DNA of 64,000 nucleotides from Naegleria gruberi (Eukaryota): NCBI GenBank assembly GCA_000004985.1, contig GG738856.1; one strand, 5' to 3'. Shown piece by piece: positions 57,410 to 64,000 of this stretch (position 1 is its first letter; each line of letters starts with the position of its first letter). The notes under the pieces were generated by a model. It saw only the letters and a program-made list of their open reading frames with translations, ran no database searches and was not told where the DNA came from. The position numbers and the translations under genes were made by a program.

Positions 57410-57987
57410 GAGAGCGACAAATTTTTATTTTTTAACCAATTATTTTCCAATCAAATTTGGAGAAGGGGCGTAATTGGTTTAAAAATAACAGCAGTGGGTA
57501 TTTTAAACTGCTGGTTCAGTGGCTTTATTGATGAGGAGGCGGGCAAATATTGAATAATATTTTGAATTTTTATTATTTAATGCCTGTGTGGTTTGTCTTT
57601 TTTGAAGAGGTGCTTTTTGAAAGACAATTGCAGATGCCATACAAGATTTGTAATCATCCATTTTCAAAAGGGTTCCGAGTTCTATTGTAGAGAAGGTTAT
57701 GAATCATTATTGAAAGCTCTCTTGCGTTCATTTCCGTTATTCTAAGATTTTTCATTGTTATTAATAGATCTCTTTAGATAAAAAATTTTTCTCTAAACAA
57801 CTGCCATCCGCTACAACGCGCTGCTACTTTTCCCCAAACACATCTCTACACAGCAAACGTACACGATTTAATCTATCGGATACAATTATTGTGTTATTAC
57901 CAACCACCCAACAACAACAACAAACTACAAAACCTCATCTATTTTATATATATAATTTTTAAAACCTCCTCCTACCAAATTATAACA

Positions 57988-59244
57988 ATGATTTCCAACA
58001 CCCAATTAAATACCTCTCAAAATATTCTTGATGATGAAGATTTCCTCTCTAACTATGCTGATGATTTCCTATTTGATGATATTACCACTTCTGACGATCA
58101 ACAACAACAACAAACTAATGAACAACAAAACACCAACAATAAGAATCTTATTGTTGTTTTAAAACAAGCTAAAGGAAGAGATGACCAATTTGAATCAGTC
58201 TTTCCTCCATCCCTATTGTGCCATCCATACAAGTATGATTTAAAGGTCACTGGAGAATTAGAAAACAACCAACAAGCTAAATTAAATTTGAATCTTGTTG
58301 ATGCTGAAACCCTAACTGTACCAAATGTTACTCTTCCAAATAAGAAGATTGTTGAAGGTGTTTCTGTTGAACAAATTGAAGAAGTTGGTCCTAATGAAAG
58401 AATTATCCGTTTCACTTTTAATTTGTGTTCTTTCCACTTTAAGAGAAGACCTTTCAAGTTAGAATTGACCCAAGTTATTGGAACCACTTCAAAGAGATTA
58501 TTCTTGAGTAATTCATTCCAAACATTTGCCAGACGTAGAGAACATCACCAAAGTTTCAACAGTACCAAGACTTCCAACAGTGATAAACAACAAACTCAAT
58601 CCAATGCTCCACTCACCCCAGATTCTAGTAGTAATAGTAGCAATAGTACATTGATGCAATCACCAAAGATGGAGAAGAAGGGTGTTAAACGTTCAATTTC
58701 ATCTGTTTCTACAACTCATTATCCAATTAATAAGACTCGTAACGTTGCCCCTACTTCACCAAGCTCATCAATGGGATCTCCAACTATTCTCAATCCACAC
58801 TTTGCTGCTCAATTCCCAATTGTTTATCCTGCAATGTATCATCCAGATATGAGTCAACAATTTGCTTTGCAATATGCTCCAAAGATGCAAATGCCACTCT
58901 TTGTTCCACCACAATGGGCTGCTTATCCAACTAATACAATGGTCTTTGGTTCTCCACACACTTCTCCAGTTTCCCCACCATCAAATGCTATTCCACAACA
59001 AGAAAAGTCAAACGATATTTTGGGTACTCTTATTACTGGAGATTGTTCTGACAAAAAGGCCTACATGAAGAAGGAACAAAAGATTATTCACCATACTCCA
59101 CTTAATTTTGTTCACGCTATTCCAACAGCCCCTGTGATGGAAACATCTGAAAGAGCATCTATTGCAATTCAATTCCTTCAATCATTGACTCCTGTTGAAA
59201 GACAAACCGTCTCAATGTTCATGCATGGTTCTCAAGCTCTTTAA
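57988..59244 (+). CDS. Hypothetical Gln/Asn-rich protein with an acidic N-terminus (DDEDFLSNYADDFLFDDITTSDD), possibly a transcription-factor-like regulator
   Basis: 419-aa ORF starting at MISNTQL. An acidic activation-like stretch is followed by a beta-rich block (IRFTFNLCSFHFKRRPFKLELTQV) and a Pro/Ser-rich tail. Confidence 0.5.
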   Translation: MISNTQLNTSQNILDDEDFLSNYADDFLFDDITTSDDQQQQQTNEQQNTNNKNLIVVLKQAKGRDDQFESVFPPSLLCHPYKYDLKVTGELENNQQAKLNLNLVDAETLTVPNVTLPNKKIVEGVSVEQIEEVGPNERIIRFTFNLCSFHFKRRPFKLELTQVIGTTSKRLFLSNSFQTFARRREHHQSFNSTKTSNSDKQQTQSNAPLTPDSSSNSSNSTLMQSPKMEKKGVKRSISSVSTTHYPINKTRNVAPTSPSSSMGSPTILNPHFAAQFPIVYPAMYHPDMSQQFALQYAPKMQMPLFVPPQWAAYPTNTMVFGSPHTSPVSPPSNAIPQQEKSNDILGTLITGDCSDKKAYMKKEQKIIHHTPLNFVHAIPTAPVMETSERASIAIQFLQSLTPVERQTVSMFMHGSQAL

Positions 59245-59773
59245 CTTGTACAAAATCTAACTTTTCAAATATAATCATCACTCCCAACCATTGAGAGATT
59301 ACTAACAGAAGAAAGAGAGGTGTCTTCTACAGTAATACCATCATTGTTTCCCTTCCCTTTATATATTTTTAATATTATCCATTTATTTATATTTATATAT
59401 TTGGGATATCTATGAATGGACTCTTCTGGTTGCTCCTTCCAATCATTTTATTTTCCTCAATACAAGTCTCCTTCTCCCCTTTGTTGAGAAATGAGAGACA
59501 TGTTAATGAGTAGAGAATTTAATGAAGATGAGAGTTCAACCAAAATTGAGACCTTCATAGTGATTCCCTCCTTTTATATACCATTTAAAGCAGTAGTTGT
59601 TAGTAGCAAAGAGAATGAACCAATAAAAGATTTAGTATTGGCTTTGTTTAATCATTATTTAACTGTTCATCTTTTTGATCCTCCATCGTATCACTCGTCA
59701 GTGCTTTTAAGTGATACGCCACAATTCATCAACAGAATTTGTTCTGACATTTGAATTTACAGCAATAAAAAAA

Positions 59774-60577
59774 ATGTCAACCAACAATCAGAGAAATAGT
59801 AGTGGCAGTTTCTCATTGTTTCCTTCATCATCGGCTACAGTGGTGGTGGTGATTGCAAGCATTTTACTCTTCTTCCAATGTTTTACAATTCTTGGTCAAC
59901 AAGCTAAACCTGATGGATCAAAATTGAAACTCTTCACCTCCTATCACACTGCTTCTCTCGGAGCTGGAGCTCTCTTATACAAAGTAATTATCAAACATTA
60001 TATGTTTTAATTTAATAATGACTGTCAAATTATTTGATGATTTTTGACGAATTTGTGATGGAATTTGATGATTCATTGAAATAATAGCAATTTTCATCTG
60101 GAGTTTATTTAACATATGAAGCAGAATGTTCAACTAGACCTTGTGATGTTCTCTTGATCAAGTCAACTGAAGAATTCTATCAATGGAGAAGTAATTATTA
60201 CAATGAAACATTTACTGTTCCTGGACATATCAATTATGCAACAAGTTATGTGGCCAAGGAAAATTATCCAACTACAACCAATGTTGTTTTGGTGGTATGT
60301 TTAATTTCTTTACAATATTCTTTACAAAATTTTACAAAAATTGTGAAATTAGATTGCCAATCCAAAGAATGCTTCTTCCAAATCAGATATTTGGTACAAT
60401 TACAAAACAGCTGATATTCCAGGATCTAATGGAGGAATGATTGCTGCCATTATCGTTGGTGTTTTGGGAGCTTTATGTTTGTGTTTGTGCTGTGTTGGTG
60501 TCTTGTTATGGTTGTGCAGATTGAGAGCCAATCCAAAGGATTACATTCCACAACAAGATTTACCAAGAGAATTTTAA
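59774..60577 (+). CDS. Small type-I membrane protein (signal peptide, ectodomain, one TM, short tail), about 3 exons
   Basis: Exon 1 reads 'MSTNNQRNSSGSFSLFPSSSATVVVVIASILLFFQCF...' and runs to GTAATT at about 59985. The last exon reads 'TADIPGSNGGMIAAIIVGVLGALCLCLCCVGVLLWLCRLRANPKDYIPQQDLPREF' and ends with a TAA at 60575-60577. The exon borders are approximate. Confidence 0.45.
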
Positions 60578-60838
60578 GATTTTCTTGGAATTTGTGATTT
60601 TATTAAATTTCAATTTGTTTGTAATTGATTATAGAATAGATTATTAGTGATTTTGAGGAGATTGGAATGAGATTGACGACTCTTAGTATTGGATTTTTAC
60701 AGTTAGTTGATTGGAAATATTGAGAATTTAAATTATTGGAAAATTGAGGAATAGATTTCGAATAGATATTGAAATAATGTTCGACAATTTGGAAATTGTG
60801 AGCAATATCAACTATCGATATTGAATATTTATTTCAAT

Positions 60839-61258
60839 TTAATGACAATTCTTTTTACGAATTTCTTTCAAAATTTTGATCAAATTGTTCAACTTTTTGA
60901 TTGCGTCATGATGTTTGGAATGTTTACAATATTTCAAGACCTTTCTAATATATCTTCTCAAACTCTTCAATTTCTTAATCTTCAATTTGATTGATTTCTT
61001 TAAAATCTTTTCGAGTTTCTTCTTTAACTTTGCATCTTTACAATTTCCAATTTTGGCAACTAATTTGTAAATGTGTTTACATTTGCTTCCCTTCTTAAAC
61101 TTTGAATTGAATTTCTTGACTGCACCTCCATGTGATGAACGATTTTTCTTGATGGACATGACTTGAGCTTGAAGAGTTTGTGCTTGACCGTTGACATTTG
61201 CAATGAAATAAATGCCAGCCATCAAGACTAGCAAAAACAAGAGAAGTGATTGTTTCAT
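60839..61258 (-). CDS. Secreted, extremely lysine-rich small protein (139 aa) with a signal peptide and 4 Cys. Candidate cationic, membrane-active antimicrobial-like peptide.
   Basis: 'MKQSLLLFLLVLMAGIYFIANVNG' is a signal peptide. The mature part 'KKLEKILKKSIKLKIKKLKSLRRYIRKVLKYCKHSKHH...' forms amphipathic cationic helices. The cysteines sit in the contexts KCKH, GNCKD, KYCKH and KKNCH. Confidence 0.55.
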   Translation of the reverse strand: MKQSLLLFLLVLMAGIYFIANVNGQAQTLQAQVMSIKKNRSSHGGAVKKFNSKFKKGSKCKHIYKLVAKIGNCKDAKLKKKLEKILKKSIKLKIKKLKSLRRYIRKVLKYCKHSKHHDAIKKLNNLIKILKEIRKKNCH

Positions 61259-61622
61259 TTTGTTTTGTTTTGATTATTGGAGAATTATTTGCAAAGAAGG
61301 AATTTAAAATACAAGATTTCGTCGACGAACAGTTTCTTCTCAACTGTCTTGCTATTAAAGTTGGTGTTTCAAATATCAATCTGCAATTGATCTTTGGTTG
61401 AAAGAAATTTGGAATCTGAAATGGATTACACGAACGAATGGAGAATTTACATCAAGAAGCAATAGTTTGGAAATACGAAACTATTTCAGAAAGTTACCTA
61501 AAGAATTCTTTCAATACAATTAAACAATGCCCAAACAATCAAGTGCATTCGAATCTCGTAAATATTAATAAAAGGGGTACATTTTGGACGTTTTCCATTA
61601 TTCGAAGTACTTTACTAAAAAA

Positions 61623-62078
61623 ATGTCAAAACACTTTAGTGACCTTCCTAGAGAGATTATGTTGGAAATTTTCACATTTTTATCATTACCTCATCTCGGA
61701 ACACTTTTATCTCTCAACAGATCAATTCATGATGAATTGGAAAATTCGTCTAATTTTTGGAGAAAGTTGTGGAATGGTTATTCGAAAGGCGTGGAACATT
61801 ATTCCATTCCACTTGATCTTTCCGATTCAATGAAGAAACAATTCGTGGTGCTCATCTCACATAAAAAACAAGACATTATTTTCATTAAAAATTCTATTCG
61901 AAGGTTGAGAAGAGACCTCGATGATTGTGAAGTAATGATAGAAATTGGATTTTCAGATCCGAATGATGAGATGATTGATAGTTATCGTGAGAAGGCAAAG
62001 GAAATTAAGAATGAAATAGATGAATGTCAAGCAAAATTAGAAATATTGAAAACTGACTCGGATAATTTTGGAAATTAA
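61623..62078 (+). CDS. Small F-box protein
   Basis: 'LPREIMLEIFTFLSLPHLGTLLSLNRSIHDEL' is a canonical F-box (LPxEI...W). Confidence 0.7.
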   Translation: MSKHFSDLPREIMLEIFTFLSLPHLGTLLSLNRSIHDELENSSNFWRKLWNGYSKGVEHYSIPLDLSDSMKKQFVVLISHKKQDIIFIKNSIRRLRRDLDDCEVMIEIGFSDPNDEMIDSYREKAKEIKNEIDECQAKLEILKTDSDNFGN

Positions 62079-62538
62079 AATTCTAATTTAGGAATGAATC
62101 AGGAAAATTAAATATTAATGCAATTATTGCATAATGATTTGTAGTTTTTGAAATTTTTACAAGAAATTCTGACTCTTTGAACACTAGATTCCTCCATTTC
62201 ATTATTAGATACTCAGAATTCCAATTTAAATTCAACCAAAAACTCATTAAGCAGCAACAACATTCCATAATCTAAACAATCAAATTATCGTATTCCAATT
62301 AAATAAGTTGTTTCATTTCCTGATCTCAGAGTTAGAATGATTTTCTATGTGGTCTGATATCAAACGAAACCAAAAAAAACAACAAATTAAAATCATCTAC
62401 TGCATGGATTGAAAGAAAAAAGAAGAAAATACTTTGTTCACATTCTAAATTACAATTTTGATCAGTAAAATATCATTTTCCTTTCACAATTCGTCTGTCA
62501 TTTGCCAAGAGCTCCAAATTTCAAAAAGCAAAAAAAAA

Positions 62539-63870
62539 ATGTCACTTGGCAACCAGCAAGATATTATCATTGTAGGAGGAGGTCCAGTTGGTCTGTGGAC
62601 AGCCAGTCAAATCAAATTATTAAATCCACAATTAAATATTCTAATTTTGGAAAAACATGAAAATTACAAAAGAAGTCATTTCGCATTCTTGGAAGCAAAT
62701 TCATTTGAATTGATGGCTGAGCATCCAAATTTGATGGATTTAAAGAATAGGTTGCAATCGGATAAGAAAATCAAGACAAGTGAATTGGAAGAAACTTTAT
62801 TCGAATTGTGTAATCAACTTGGTGTGCAAATAATTAAAGGATTTCCGGTTGAGTGTGGTAAAGAAATTGAAGCAAATTTTCCTGGAGTTCAATTAATTAT
62901 TGGTGCAGATGGTGCTCACAGTACTATTCGAAAGACAGTTTGTTCTGGGTTATTAGAAAGTGAAATTTTTAAATATTCGAATCATTTTCACACTCTCATG
63001 GAGGTGAAATATCAAGCTATTGGCGAAACTAAACCAATGGATATGATCAATATCGGCTATCCACTCATGAAACACATTGGAGTAGTTGTGAATGAAATTA
63101 TTGGAAAGCAAAACGAAAGTGGAAATAGTCCAATAACTTTACAATTTTTTGTGAATGAAAATATTGGAGAATCAATCAAGAATGCAACATTTAAGAATCC
63201 AATTCAATTCCACTCCATGAAAGAAACTCTTCCAAATCAAATTCGAGCAATAATTGAATTTTGGTTGGCAGCTCGTTTCCAATATTATGCAGAGAAACAT
63301 GTCGAAAGTTCTGTAACTATTACAAGCACCAAATTGGGATCTTATGCAAGTAGATATTATGTGAGAAATTTTGGAACGAAAGCAATTTATTGTTTGGTTG
63401 GAGATGCTGCTTTTGGAATGCCTTTTTTTAGAAGTTTAAATAATGGACTATTGTGCGCAACTATTCTAGCTCAATGTGTTGTGAAACATTTTGAGGGAAA
63501 AGATTATCAATTTGCATTCTCTTTGGAAGGTGTTGTGAATTCTCTTGTTGGTGGAACGAAACAATTTCTTGGACTTTCGAATATTCCATACGAAGGTGAA
63601 CATATTTCTCAACCTCTAATCAAATATGCAAGTTATGCAATGAATTTGGAAGAATCACAATTGAAAATAGCAAGAGCAAAAAGTATTGGATTGAAAACTT
63701 TCCAAACTTGGACCAAAATTAGTGCAATTGTTCCTTGGCAAGTGAATAAGCTCAGACCAGAACAATTGGAGGAAGTTAGGACAGCCATTGGAATATTTAG
63801 TAGTGAGGATGATAGAGAAATGTATGATGATATTGTGGAAGATGGATTTGTTCTTGTGGAAAAATTGTAA
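62539..63870 (+). CDS. FAD-dependent aromatic-ring monooxygenase (PHBH/UbiH-like flavoprotein hydroxylase)
   Basis: 'IIIVGGGPVGLWTAS' is GxGxxG. 'LIIGADGAHSTIRK' is the GD motif. 'LVGDAAFGMPFF' is the second FAD-binding motif. Confidence 0.85.
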   Translation: MSLGNQQDIIIVGGGPVGLWTASQIKLLNPQLNILILEKHENYKRSHFAFLEANSFELMAEHPNLMDLKNRLQSDKKIKTSELEETLFELCNQLGVQIIKGFPVECGKEIEANFPGVQLIIGADGAHSTIRKTVCSGLLESEIFKYSNHFHTLMEVKYQAIGETKPMDMINIGYPLMKHIGVVVNEIIGKQNESGNSPITLQFFVNENIGESIKNATFKNPIQFHSMKETLPNQIRAIIEFWLAARFQYYAEKHVESSVTITSTKLGSYASRYYVRNFGTKAIYCLVGDAAFGMPFFRSLNNGLLCATILAQCVVKHFEGKDYQFAFSLEGVVNSLVGGTKQFLGLSNIPYEGEHISQPLIKYASYAMNLEESQLKIARAKSIGLKTFQTWTKISAIVPWQVNKLRPEQLEEVRTAIGIFSSEDDREMYDDIVEDGFVLVEKL

Positions 63871-63902
63871 ATTTGATCAATTTTAAAATTCACAATAAAA
63901 AA

Positions 63903-64000
63903 ATGAAAAAAAGTCAACCAGCATCAATAGCCGAAACTCTCGCAAATCGTCAAGAGGAAATTCTTTTGAAACTTAAACTGACCAACAAGAGAACACTCGA
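63903..64000 (+). CDS. 5' end of a further gene, truncated by the window edge
   Basis: AAAAAAATGAAAAAAAGTC start context. The ORF 'MKKSQPASIAETLANRQEEILLKLKLTNKRTL' continues to the window end. Confidence 0.3.
   Translation, partial: MKKSQPASIAETLANRQEEILLKLKLTNKRTL

Noticed and set aside
1-64000. Possibility that the window is an integrated giant-virus (NCLDV) segment. F-box, ankyrin, LRR, DUF4116, kinases, GNAT and ARH are all common in Mimiviridae.
   Set aside because: The genes carry spliceosomal GTAAGT…AG introns. Host-type tRNA and 5S genes, PPR, HeH/MAN1, THNSL1 and WNK genes are interspersed. No capsid or packaging genes are present, and composition is uniform. Ordinary cellular chromosome.
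1-64000. Apparent excess of TTCGAA / TCGA among the few CpG dinucleotides
   Set aside because: I cannot quantify this by eye. It is more likely a genome-wide dinucleotide or codon bias than a local signal.

Overview
This is a eukaryotic nuclear window, AT-rich with standard stop codons. Introns are short (about 46-100 nt), start GTAAGT or GTATGT and end AG. Proteins carry Asn/Gln/Ser-rich low-complexity tracts, which fits an amoebozoan (dictyostelid-like) genome, and the 5S rRNA sequence resembles the Dictyostelium 5S from memory. There is no prokaryotic architecture and no CRISPR array. The window holds about 35 protein-coding genes, several of them intron-split. I reconstructed exon joins for a WNK kinase, an AGC kinase, a PIP kinase, a macro-domain protein, a THNSL1-like gene and an ankyrin-repeat gene. 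There are four dispersed 5S rRNA genes in both orientations and three tRNA genes (Val-AAC, Gly-GCC, Trp-CCA). A 50-nt run of N at 32740-32789 is an assembly gap inside one gene. A roughly 6 kb gene-poor stretch at 46.7-52.9 kb contains a recurring ACTGTAGAT motif and a perfect 21-nt palindrome. I did not find an obvious novel multi-gene system. The observations most worth follow-up are: (1) a GliT/DepH-like CxxC flavoprotein dithiol oxidase next to an unknown intronless gene, bracketed by 5S genes; (2) a protein with a degenerate PilT/GspE-type secretion-ATPase C-terminal region that lacks Walker A; (3) a PIP-kinase with a C-terminal TPR array; (4) an in-frame TAG interrupting a THNSL1-like gene; (5) a secreted, extremely lysine-rich, Cys-containing small protein; (6) the dispersed 5S genes with a conserved upstream element and an indel or insertion in their downstream repeat. 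All homology calls are made by eye from motif memory and need confirmation by search.
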